This document shows positions 1 through 8,899 of a stretch of DNA of 64,000 nucleotides, piece by piece. The stretch is from NCBI GenBank assembly GCA_963677595.1, contig OY782041.1, positions 3,552,001 to 3,616,000 of the forward strand. Reading direction: 5' to 3'. Numbering within the stretch: position 1 is the stretch's first letter; every line of letters begins with the position of its first letter. This DNA comes from Spirochaetia bacterium. Its GTDB lineage: Bacteria > Spirochaetota > Spirochaetia > CAKZLE01. The notes beneath the pieces are model-generated. The model saw nothing but the letters and a program-made list of their open reading frames with translations. It made no database searches and was not told where the DNA came from. The position numbers were made by a program, and so were the translations under genes.

Positions 1-766
1 ATGTTTCCAGAGCGTCTGCAGCATCAAATTGGAAAGGAAATCTTCAGGATAGAAAACTTCAATTCACCAAAGTTCAAGGACATTAATCTAACAGTAAGAG
101 AAGGTGAGCTCCTGGGTATTTCTGGATTGATAGGCAGCGGACGTACAGAAGTTGCTCGAGCTGTTTTCGGTATAGATAAAAAAAACAACAGGGAACGTCT
201 ATATTCAGGGGCGGAAAATTGATGTAAAGAACCCAATAAGTGCAATTAAAGAAGGTTTGGGGCTAGTACCGGAAAATCGTAAAGAAGAAGGACTGGTTCT
301 GGATATGTCGATCAGAGTGAACAGCATGATGACAAACATCCGGAAAGTTCTTGCTGCACTGGGCATGATTCGGACAAAGAAAGAAGCCCGAATTGTAAAT
401 GATCTTGTGAAAAAATTGTCTGTAAAAACATCTACGATTGAGCTGCCCGTCAAAAATCTTAGCGGTGGGAATCAACAAAAAGTAGTTATAGCCAAATGGC
501 TGAATCTCGCATTGAAAGTTGTCATTTTTGATGAACCTACCCGGGGTGTCGATGTCGGTGCGAAATATGAAATTTACAAGATAATCAATAGCTTGGTTGA
601 GCAGGGGGTTGCAGTAATTATTATTTCATCTGAATTACCAGAGATCATAGGAATGTGTGATCGGGTAGTTGTTATGTCAAAAGGGCATATCACTGGTGAA
701 ATTGATAAAAACAAAGAAAGATTGACAGAAAAGAAATTAATGATGCTGGCCGTCGCGGAGGTATAA
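1..766 (+). pseudogene. Sugar ABC transporter ATP-binding protein (RbsA/MglA family), C-terminal half; frameshifted in an A8 run at 178-185 and probably 5'-truncated by the window edge
   Basis: ORF 1..222 (GELLGISGLIGSGRTE) and ORF 257..766 (VPENRKEEG, LSGGNQQKV, IFDEPTRGVDVGAK) join into one frame (DKKTTGNVYIQGRKIDVKNPISAIKEGLGLVPENR) if one A of the A8 run is removed. This may be a sequencing error. Confidence 0.8.
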
Positions 767-1741
767 ATGATTACGAAAAGAGTCCATTCATTCAATAATA
801 CTAAAATACTTAAAAACATCAAAATCAGTCGTTATATCAATGTATTCATTGTAGTACTGCTTGTGGTGTTCTCAAGCTTCATGTCATCTCACTTTTTAAC
901 TGTAATGAATATAGCAAACATACTTAGACAGAATGCTGGGATGCTGATGCTGTCAATGGGAATGCTACTGGTTATTCTGTCAGGTGGAATAGATCTCTCT
1001 GTTGGTTCCATGGTAGCTCTCAGCAGTGTTCTCCTTTCAAAAATGTTAGTAGCTGAAATCTCATTATTCATGGCTGTTGTCTTCTTGCTGCTGATTTTTA
1101 TAGGTATTGGTCTCATTGAGGGCTATTTTGTCGCAAAAAGAGGTATCGCTCCATTTATCGTGACTTTGGCTTTTATGACTATTGCACGTGGAGCTGCATT
1201 CTCCCTCTCTGCTGGAGCTGCAATTCAGATTTCAGAAAAGCATCTTCTCTCATTTGGTTCACAATATTTTATGAAGATGCCGTACCCGGTTTGGCTGGCA
1301 TTCGGGATGTTTATTATATTTGCATTCTTTTTGAAATATACGGTGTATGGCCGATATGTAAAGGGTATTGGTAGCAATTTTACTGCTGTTGAGCTATCGG
1401 GAATAAATGTGGACTGGTACAAGTTATCCGTATATATGGTTTCTGCGTCCATGTGTGCAATTGCCGGGATACTTGTGGTTGCCCGTTCAGGGGTTGGAAC
1501 GCCAATCACAGGTGAAGGTCTTGAATTGGATGCTATTGCTGCTGTTGTTATTGGAGGTGCCAGTCTGAAAGGTGGAAAAGGAACTGCCCTGAACACCCTG
1601 ATGGGTATCCTGATACTTGCCCTTCTGGGGAATATCATGAATCTCATGAATATCGCATCGTATCCGCAGCAGATATTGAAAGGGATCATAATTCTTGTAG
1701 CTGTGTTGTTTCAGAAATTTGAGAGTGAGACCGCTTCATAA
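767..1741 (+). CDS. Sugar ABC transporter permease (RbsC family)
   Basis: GGIDLSVGS, FIVTLA, T.YGRY..GIGSN, ELDAIAAVVIGGASLKGGKG motifs; hydrophobic. Confidence 0.92.
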   Translation: MITKRVHSFNNTKILKNIKISRYINVFIVVLLVVFSSFMSSHFLTVMNIANILRQNAGMLMLSMGMLLVILSGGIDLSVGSMVALSSVLLSKMLVAEISLFMAVVFLLLIFIGIGLIEGYFVAKRGIAPFIVTLAFMTIARGAAFSLSAGAAIQISEKHLLSFGSQYFMKMPYPVWLAFGMFIIFAFFLKYTVYGRYVKGIGSNFTAVELSGINVDWYKLSVYMVSASMCAIAGILVVARSGVGTPITGEGLELDAIAAVVIGGASLKGGKGTALNTLMGILILALLGNIMNLMNIASYPQQILKGIIILVAVLFQKFESETAS

Positions 1742-1793
1742 CATAGGGTAATAGGCTGATATACAGTCTAAAAAATAATAAGGAGTTAGTAAC

Positions 1794-2804
1794 ATGAGAA
1801 AGATTCTGAAGGTGAAATGGTTAATCATTGGGTTAGTATTAATCAGTCTGGTATTTATCAGTTGTGGTACTGATGAGGAGCAAGGTGCAGTAGCGTCGGC
1901 GGGGACAACAGACCTGTCGAACTTGAAAATTGGATTTTCAATACAAACCTTGAAATCGCCTTATTTCGTTGCTATGGCGGAAGCATTTGAAAAAACTTGT
2001 GAGGATAAGGGCTATGAGTTGATAACCATTGATGCAGAAAATGATCCTGTGAAGCAGGATGCTGACTGTGAAGATCTGGTAGCAAGAGGGGTGGATGTCA
2101 TAGTCATTAACCCAAGGGATTCAAAAGCTGCGGTACAGACCTCAATTAAAGTCATGAATGCTGGGATTCCCCTGTTTGCAGTGGATTCAACCATTGCAGA
2201 TGGTGGTAAGTTTACCGGCGAAATAACTTCTGCAAATGATGAAGATGGGTATCTTGTCGGTAGATGGGTTGCAGAGCAGATGGGCAAGACTTCCTTGAAA
2301 ATAGGTATGCTCAGTGGTAACCCAGGAAATGCTATTGGACTTATCAGAAGGGCAGGTTTGATTAAAGGAATTACTGAATACCAGCTTGAAAAATACAACA
2401 GTACAAACTTTGAGATTGTAACTCAGGGCTGGGGCGGCTGGGATAGCCCCACTGGGGTAGACGCAACAGAAGACATGCTAACAACCGCTCCTGACATGAA
2501 TGTGCTGTTAGCAGAGAATGACAGTATGGCTCTAGGAGCCATGAAAGTGTTCCAGGATTCCGGCAGAACAGATATTCTGATTGCTGCAGCAGCTGATGGT
2601 CAGAAAGAGGCATATGAAGCAATTATGGCAGGAACCTACGGAGCTACTGGTTTGAATGATCCCATTCTGCTGGCAGAATTAACTTTGGAGCAGATTGAGA
2701 AGCATTTGTCAGGAGAACAGATAATACAGTCTCTCGTAACGAAGGCTGCATGTGTGACCAAGGAAAATGCAAAAGAATTTTATAACCCGAATTCTGCATT
2801 CTAA
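1794..2804 (+). CDS. Sugar ABC transporter substrate-binding lipoprotein (RbsB/Peripla_BP_4)
   Basis: Lipobox VFISC, SPYFVAM, AENDSMALGA, DG; RBS aaggag. Confidence 0.9.
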   Translation: MRKILKVKWLIIGLVLISLVFISCGTDEEQGAVASAGTTDLSNLKIGFSIQTLKSPYFVAMAEAFEKTCEDKGYELITIDAENDPVKQDADCEDLVARGVDVIVINPRDSKAAVQTSIKVMNAGIPLFAVDSTIADGGKFTGEITSANDEDGYLVGRWVAEQMGKTSLKIGMLSGNPGNAIGLIRRAGLIKGITEYQLEKYNSTNFEIVTQGWGGWDSPTGVDATEDMLTTAPDMNVLLAENDSMALGAMKVFQDSGRTDILIAAAADGQKEAYEAIMAGTYGATGLNDPILLAELTLEQIEKHLSGEQIIQSLVTKAACVTKENAKEFYNPNSAF

Positions 2805-2815
2805 TTAGCATTCAG

Positions 2816-2845
2816 ATGGACTGTTCGCATTAGGCGGACAGTTCC
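2816..2845 (+). terminator. Intergenic stem-loop after the SBP gene (stabiliser or partial terminator)
   Basis: ggactgttcgc / gcggacagttc inverted repeat; no U-tract. Confidence 0.45.
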
Positions 2846-2861
2846 GTCAAGGAGATGAGGA

Positions 2862-3683
2862 ATGTACAATATAACTTTATCATTTATCCCATGTGGGTAT
2901 ATCGAGAATGATGCAGCTTGGACATTTGCAGGTTTTCAATTTGCCACATTGTCAGATAAGAACCGCGAGAGGAACTGGATGCGTTTCCCGATCTTTTGCA
3001 CTCTGATTCATCATCCTGAGATCGGGTACATACTCTATGATGTAGGTCCAGGATTAGGCGATGAAAGTGACAGACGAACCCCTCAGATGAATGATCGATA
3101 TCCCTTGTTTATCGAAAGGCAGGATTTTATTGATGAGGGACTTAAGCGGGCAGGAATTACTGTTGATGATATTGCTATGATTATCCTTTCACATACTCAT
3201 TGGGATCATTATGGTGGTATTGGCTTTTTTAGTGGAACGCAAGCGGCTGAACGGGTTCTCGTACCTAAACTTGATTTTCAAGCAGGTTTATGTGAAACAC
3301 ATGCAAATCCAGATGGTCTTTCAGCTGCATATGTTAAGGATAATTATGAGACACCAGGAATAAATTATAGCCTTATTGATGAAGATATGGAAATAGCCCC
3401 AGGAATACAAATAATTATGCTTGAAGGCCATACTCCAGCACTGGCAGGGCTTTTAGTTGAGACGAATGACAGGAATTTTCTTTTCACGGCAGATTCGGTG
3501 TATACAAGATATAATTACGGTCCACCCATTGTTCAGCCAGGTTTAGTATATGATACGTTGGGTGTTGAGAGGTCAATAAACAAACTGAGAAAGATAGAAA
3601 AGCAGTATAATGCAGAACTAATTTTTCCTCATGATATGGAGATGTTTAATTCCTTGGAGAAATGTCCGTTTTTCTATGGATGA
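2862..3683 (+). CDS. N-acyl-homoserine-lactonase-family metallo-beta-lactamase (AiiA-like)
   Basis: SHTHWDH (HxHxDH), GHTP, ADSVY (Asp + Tyr), PHD. Confidence 0.85.
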   Translation: MYNITLSFIPCGYIENDAAWTFAGFQFATLSDKNRERNWMRFPIFCTLIHHPEIGYILYDVGPGLGDESDRRTPQMNDRYPLFIERQDFIDEGLKRAGITVDDIAMIILSHTHWDHYGGIGFFSGTQAAERVLVPKLDFQAGLCETHANPDGLSAAYVKDNYETPGINYSLIDEDMEIAPGIQIIMLEGHTPALAGLLVETNDRNFLFTADSVYTRYNYGPPIVQPGLVYDTLGVERSINKLRKIEKQYNAELIFPHDMEMFNSLEKCPFFYG

Positions 3684-3734
3684 TGCTCATTCATGATACT
3701 ACATGTGTTTAACAAACAGGTACTTTAATATGAT

Positions 3735-4763
3735 ATGGAGAATACTATGGAAAGAATCAAAGTAGGAGTAGCAGGATACGGCGTGATCGGGCAGCGACTG
3801 GCAGACGGGGTAGCGGCCCAGGGAGACATGGAGCTCGTAGGTGTTGCTGACATAGCCCCGACGATCTCGGTGCGGGCACTGAAATACCGGGGCATGCCGT
3901 ATAAGATGTTCAACGTGGACCCGAAGAACACCTCTTTAGAAGATGCCGGTATCCCGGTATCAGGGAGCTTCGAGGAACTCGTACAGGAGTGCGACATCAT
4001 GCTCGACAGTTCCCCTGGCGGCATCGGCGCGCGGAACAAGGAGCTGTATGTCAAGCATGGCACCAAGGCCGTGTTCCAGGGCGGCGAGAAGAATGACATC
4101 GCAGACGTCTTCTTCCACGGCTATGCCAACTACGAGCAGGGCATCGGGGCAGACTACCTGAAGCTCACGAGCTGCAATACCACCGGGCTCATCCGTGCGG
4201 TAGACATGCTCGACCGGAGTGTCGGCCTTGAGAAAGTAGCGATCACGATCATCAGGAGGGTGGCAGACCCGGGTGACTACCATCGAGGGCTGACCAATGC
4301 CCTGCAGGTGGAGAAGGCACCGAGCCACCAGGCACTCGACCTGATGACGATCATGCCCCATATCCCGTGTACGGGTATCCTGGTACACACCCCGGTGACC
4401 CACGGCCACATCATCACGGTGACGGCAACACCGAAGAACGGGATCTCGAAGGAAGAGCTGTGGGAGATGGCATCCAACCATCCGCGGATCATGCCGGTGA
4501 GGCTGGCAGACGGGTTCTTAGGCAACGCATCGATGTTCCGCTGGGCACGCGACATCGGGAATGCACGGGGTGACATGTATGAGATCGGGCTGTGGGAAGA
4601 GTCGATCGTGAAGTCAGGGGATGACATCATGTTCGCGATCAACATCCCGCAGGAGTCCGTGGTGATCCCGGAGAACATCGACGGGATCAGGGCAGCGATG
4701 GGAATGCAGGCGACCAGGGAAGAGGGGACTGCAGCAACGAACCAGTACCTGGGCATGAAGTAA
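3735..4763 (+). CDS. Type II (archaeal-type) glyceraldehyde-3-phosphate dehydrogenase-like protein
   Basis: IKVGVAGYGVIGQRLAD..Q.DMELVGV, FQGGEK, catalytic SCNTTGL, IRR.ADP, QES.VIPENIDGIRA; start may be the second ATG at 3747. Confidence 0.88.
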   Translation: MENTMERIKVGVAGYGVIGQRLADGVAAQGDMELVGVADIAPTISVRALKYRGMPYKMFNVDPKNTSLEDAGIPVSGSFEELVQECDIMLDSSPGGIGARNKELYVKHGTKAVFQGGEKNDIADVFFHGYANYEQGIGADYLKLTSCNTTGLIRAVDMLDRSVGLEKVAITIIRRVADPGDYHRGLTNALQVEKAPSHQALDLMTIMPHIPCTGILVHTPVTHGHIITVTATPKNGISKEELWEMASNHPRIMPVRLADGFLGNASMFRWARDIGNARGDMYEIGLWEESIVKSGDDIMFAINIPQESVVIPENIDGIRAAMGMQATREEGTAATNQYLGMK

Positions 4764-4773
4764 GAGAGAACCG

Positions 4774-6030
4774 ATGAAAGAGCATAGGTTAGGGTTCAAG
4801 CCGATGGAGTCCTTTGATGTCTCGGGCAAGCGGGTATTACTGCGGGTGGACATCAACTCACCGATCGACCCGAAGACAAAGGCAATAGTCAACGAGAACC
4901 GGCTGGAGAAGAGCGTGCCGACGGTGAAGTGGCTGCTCGATAACGGAGCGAAGCTTGCGCTCATCGCCCATCAGGGGGATACGCTGGACTACCAGAACCT
5001 GATCCCGCTGGCCGAGCATGCGCAGAAGCTGAGTCAGAAACTCGGCCGGAAGATCCGGTACATCGATGATGTATGCGGTCCGATGGCGCAGAGCGCGGTA
5101 GAGGCACTCGATGAGGGTGAAGCGGTACTGCTGGGGAACCTGCGGTATCTGTGCGAGGAGATCTCGACCTTCGAGGATGCGGTGAAGCTGAAACCGGAAG
5201 AGATGCTCGACACCTGGCTGGTGCGGTCATTGGCCCCGCTGTTCGACCTCTACGTCAATGACGCATTCGCCGCGGCGCACCGGAACTGCCCGAGCATGGT
5301 GGCCTTCCAGGAGCTGCTGCCGAGTGCTGCGGGACCGCTGTTCTTTAACGAGGTATCGGCACTCAACCAGGTGATGACTGCCCCTTCCCCCCCATCGGTG
5401 TTCGTGCTCGGGGGCGCGAAGATCTCGGATGCGTTCGGGATGATGGAGCAGGTGTTATCAAACGGGACAGCAGACGAGATCCTGACCTGCGGGGTGACCG
5501 GACAGGTCTTCCTGCTGGCATCGGGCAGGGACCTCGGCAGGAAGAGTGACGAGTTCATCAAGGCCAAAGGGTTGGAACGATTCGTTGGTGAAGCAGGAGA
5601 ATTGCTCAAGACCTACGGGGCTAAGATCAGGATGCCCGAAGACCTGGCCTATGAGGCAGACGGGAAACGAGCAGAGATCGCCGTAGCTGACCTGCCTGCC
5701 GAACTGCTCTACCTGGACATCGGGGGAAAGACGATAGCGAACTATACCGAGCGGATACTGACAGCCGGGACGGTCTTCGTGAACGGGCCTGCGGGCGTAT
5801 TCGAGGATGAGAAGTTCGAGGTCGGGACGAGAGAGATCTGGCAGGCGATCGCGAAGGCGCCTGGCTACACGGTGATCGGGGGCGGGGATAGCGTGAGCGC
5901 GACCTCGCGGTTCTGTGACCCTGCAGATATGGATTATATCTGCACCGCAGGTGGTGCCATGGTGCGCTACCTGTCAGGGAAGAAGCTGCCGCTTATCTCC
6001 GCGATGGAGAAGGCAGGAAAAGAAGAATAG
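4774..6030 (+). CDS. pgk: Phosphoglycerate kinase family protein (archaeal-like, divergent substrate site)
   Basis: GKRVLLRVDINSP, NLRY, YVNDAFAAAHR, VLGGAKISD, NGPAGVFE, GGGDS, TAGGA. Confidence 0.88.
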   Translation: MKEHRLGFKPMESFDVSGKRVLLRVDINSPIDPKTKAIVNENRLEKSVPTVKWLLDNGAKLALIAHQGDTLDYQNLIPLAEHAQKLSQKLGRKIRYIDDVCGPMAQSAVEALDEGEAVLLGNLRYLCEEISTFEDAVKLKPEEMLDTWLVRSLAPLFDLYVNDAFAAAHRNCPSMVAFQELLPSAAGPLFFNEVSALNQVMTAPSPPSVFVLGGAKISDAFGMMEQVLSNGTADEILTCGVTGQVFLLASGRDLGRKSDEFIKAKGLERFVGEAGELLKTYGAKIRMPEDLAYEADGKRAEIAVADLPAELLYLDIGGKTIANYTERILTAGTVFVNGPAGVFEDEKFEVGTREIWQAIAKAPGYTVIGGGDSVSATSRFCDPADMDYICTAGGAMVRYLSGKKLPLISAMEKAGKEE

Positions 6031-6046
6031 ATACAATAAAACCGCC

Positions 6047-6086
6047 TGCGGGCTGTTTCCTGAGTATCGGGAGGCAGCCCGCTTTA
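6047..6086. terminator. Intrinsic terminator-like hairpin between convergent pgk and MATE genes
   Basis: gcgggctgtttcc / ggaggcagcccgc stem followed by ttta. Confidence 0.6.
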
Positions 6087-6088
6087 TG

Positions 6089-7471
6089 TTATCCCACCAT
6101 ACTTACAGGCAGTACCTGCCGCATCTTCCTCCTCGTCCAGTAGAGGGAGAAGATAGCTGCTGACCAGTTTACGATCACCAGCCCCCACCAGACACCGTTT
6201 TCCTCCATCCCGAGGATGACAGCGAGGAGGGTGAACACTACCGCGGGTGCTGCCACCTGCCGATAGAAGCCGATCCACATGATCATAGAAGGTCTCTTTA
6301 TCCCCTGGAGCACCGAGTTGGACTGGGACATGATGATGTAGCTGAAATGGGTGATCCCCTGGATGAGCAGGTAGGTATAGCCGATGGTGATGACCTCTGT
6401 GCTGTCGGTGAAGAGAGTTAGGAGGTGCCTTCCGAAGAGGAGGACCGGGGACAGGAGGATAACCATGATACCGAACCCGTACCATAATGCCGTAGAGAAG
6501 GACTCACGCACCCTGTCGGGCCTGCCGGCCCCGTTGTTCTGGCCGACCATGGCCATCAGGGCTGTATTGAGCCCCATGTTGGGCACGAGGGCGATCTGCT
6601 CGATCCTGATGGCTGAACCGTAGGCAGCCACCACTGCTGTGCCGTAGCGGGAGATGTAAAAGGTGATCACGAAGGTTCCGGTCGCCATGATCATGAAGTT
6701 CATCATGGCAGGGATGACCTGCGAGATGATCTCCCTGCCCCGGGCTGGGTCCGGCTTGAGTTCTGAGCGTGAGGCACCCTTGAGGATCCCTGACTTCACG
6801 ACCACACGTAAGAGGTATAGGGCAGTGATGCCCTGAATGAGGATCGTGGCAGCCGCGATGCCAGCTTCCTGTAGCTCAGGTATGATGACCACCTCCCCAA
6901 TACGAACCCCGTAGAGGAAGAGCGGGTCGAGACCGAGGTTGAACAGGAACCCGATGATGAGGATGTTACGATTGGGTTTCGTCCTGCCCCGTGCCGTGAG
7001 GGCGGAGTTGATGACCATCGACATGGTCATCAGGATCGACCCGCCGACGATGACCGACCCGTACCGGAGTGCTCCCGGCATCACTGACGCCTCGGCATGC
7101 ATGAGAGTGAAGATCGGCCTGAGCAGGAAGAGCAGCGGTATGGTGAGCAGCAGCTGGATGATCGCGGCGAAGGAGATGCCCTGGAGGAAGATGATCCTTG
7201 CCTCATCCTCCTGCCTACTCCCGATGTAGTTCGAGACCAGGGCAGAGATACCAGCTGAGAAACCGACGCCGATGGTCATGGCCAGGAGATAGATCGGGAA
7301 GTTGAGTGAGAGGGCCGCGAGGGAGTCAGTCGAGGACTGTCCCGCCCAGAAGGTGTCCACCACGTTGTACATCGTGTTGAAGATGATCCCGACTGTCGCG
7401 GGGATCGCGATGGTACGGAGTGCGTAGGGAACGGGTGCGCTCGTCAGGTCCAGATGGTGGTCTCGTTTCAT
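6089..7471 (-). CDS. MATE family efflux transporter
   Basis: YNVVDTFWAG, two internally repeated halves, VGQNNGAG, about 12 TM segments. Confidence 0.92.
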   Translation of the reverse strand: MKRDHHLDLTSAPVPYALRTIAIPATVGIIFNTMYNVVDTFWAGQSSTDSLAALSLNFPIYLLAMTIGVGFSAGISALVSNYIGSRQEDEARIIFLQGISFAAIIQLLLTIPLLFLLRPIFTLMHAEASVMPGALRYGSVIVGGSILMTMSMVINSALTARGRTKPNRNILIIGFLFNLGLDPLFLYGVRIGEVVIIPELQEAGIAAATILIQGITALYLLRVVVKSGILKGASRSELKPDPARGREIISQVIPAMMNFMIMATGTFVITFYISRYGTAVVAAYGSAIRIEQIALVPNMGLNTALMAMVGQNNGAGRPDRVRESFSTALWYGFGIMVILLSPVLLFGRHLLTLFTDSTEVITIGYTYLLIQGITHFSYIIMSQSNSVLQGIKRPSMIMWIGFYRQVAAPAVVFTLLAVILGMEENGVWWGLVIVNWSAAIFSLYWTRRKMRQVLPVSMVG

Positions 7472-7491
7472 GGGGTAAATATACTACTGAA

Positions 7492-8859
7492 TCAGTCAGG
7501 TAGGGAACGGGATAATCGGTCGAATGCATAGATTTCCCTGCCTTCCGCATCCCGGAAGGTGACCCTGCAGGCATCAGCAGTCAGGAAGAGTTCCGTAAAG
7601 CCGAACACCCTGGTCTCGAGGAACACCGATGCCGGGGATAGGGTGAGCTCCTGCTTCGGCAGGGAGCCTCCGAGCGTACCGGTAACGAGGTAGTCGATCC
7701 CATCCTTGTGGAGGTGCTCGAACTGGTGGTTATGGCCGGAGAGCACAAGGTCCACCCCATGGTCGACGAACAGCCCGTGGAAGGTGTCGATCATTGGTTT
7801 CGGGTCATACCAGACTCGGGAGTCCAGCAGCCTGCCTGAGGAGAAGAAGAAGGCATGGCTGGCGATGATGATCAGGTGATCATCAGGGATGAGCTTGAGC
7901 TCTTCCTCAAGCCACCGCCTGATCGTGTCAGTGAAGAGCTCAGGCCCCCACTCGAGGTCAAGGGTGATGAGGTCTACCGTGGGGAATGGACGGTAATGGT
8001 GTGTCAGGGGAGGGCTTGCCGACAGCCTGGAAACGGCATCAGGCTCGAAGATCTCCTTCCAGCACGTCTCCCCTCCGAGCCAGGTGTCATGGTTCCCCGG
8101 GACCGGTATGACCGGGGTAGACTCAAGACAGTGGGAGAAGATCCTGCTTGAGAGGGCTTGCTGACGCCTGTCATGGCCCATCTGCACCGTATCGCCGAGG
8201 TTAACGAAGAGATCACAGCTCCCTGCAATGGTACGCAGGACTCTCTCCGTGGCTTCCCGGTCATTGGAGCCAGCCCCAATGTGGGCATCGGATGAGACCG
8301 CGATCCTCATCGAAGCTTCAGGAAGACAGACAGTCCCGTCGCCTGATCTACCTTCCAAACGGTAGGAGATGGGTATCTCCGGCTGCAGGTCCCTGATCAG
8401 GAAGGTATGGCTACGGGTCCTAAAGGGGTCAGAGACCTTCTTCACCTTCCCGCCGGTATGGCAGGTAAGGCTGTGCTGCCCCTTAGCTGCAGTACCGTAG
8501 GAGATCGCAAGGTCAGGAAGGCCGTAGCTGCCCTGCTGGTCGGTCATGATGATAAGCGGGGAGGTGTCGCAGTATGGTTGGAAGAGCCGGGTCCGCCAAG
8601 CGAGGATGACGGCATTCAGGAGCTCCAAGGCAAGCAGCAGGAGGCTCCAGAGCGGTATAGTCGATCCGGCGCCTGAGCAGAGGCGTTCAGCGATGGTGAT
8701 GACCGGGGCGAGCAATGCGAAGAGGAGCACCGGCATGTTCCGTCTCAACAGAGACGGGGTCCAGGCAAAGAGATGGCGGTTCCTTGGTGTGAGCAGGATC
8801 CTTCCCGCGATGAGGACGGGGAGAAGGGCGCACACGATCATGATCATGCTGAGTACCAT
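7492..8859 (-). CDS. Membrane-anchored metallophosphoesterase (purple acid phosphatase/calcineurin-like)
   Basis: N-terminal TM helices; SDAH, LGD, PGNHD, SH, SGHNH motifs; ATG at 8859 chosen because a promoter lies 7 nt upstream. Confidence 0.8.
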   Translation of the reverse strand: MVLSMIMIVCALLPVLIAGRILLTPRNRHLFAWTPSLLRRNMPVLLFALLAPVITIAERLCSGAGSTIPLWSLLLLALELLNAVILAWRTRLFQPYCDTSPLIIMTDQQGSYGLPDLAISYGTAAKGQHSLTCHTGGKVKKVSDPFRTRSHTFLIRDLQPEIPISYRLEGRSGDGTVCLPEASMRIAVSSDAHIGAGSNDREATERVLRTIAGSCDLFVNLGDTVQMGHDRRQQALSSRIFSHCLESTPVIPVPGNHDTWLGGETCWKEIFEPDAVSRLSASPPLTHHYRPFPTVDLITLDLEWGPELFTDTIRRWLEEELKLIPDDHLIIIASHAFFFSSGRLLDSRVWYDPKPMIDTFHGLFVDHGVDLVLSGHNHQFEHLHKDGIDYLVTGTLGGSLPKQELTLSPASVFLETRVFGFTELFLTADACRVTFRDAEGREIYAFDRLSRSLPD

Positions 8860-8899
8860 GAGTGTCAGGGTATCACTGCATGAGCTTCCGTGCAACCGA

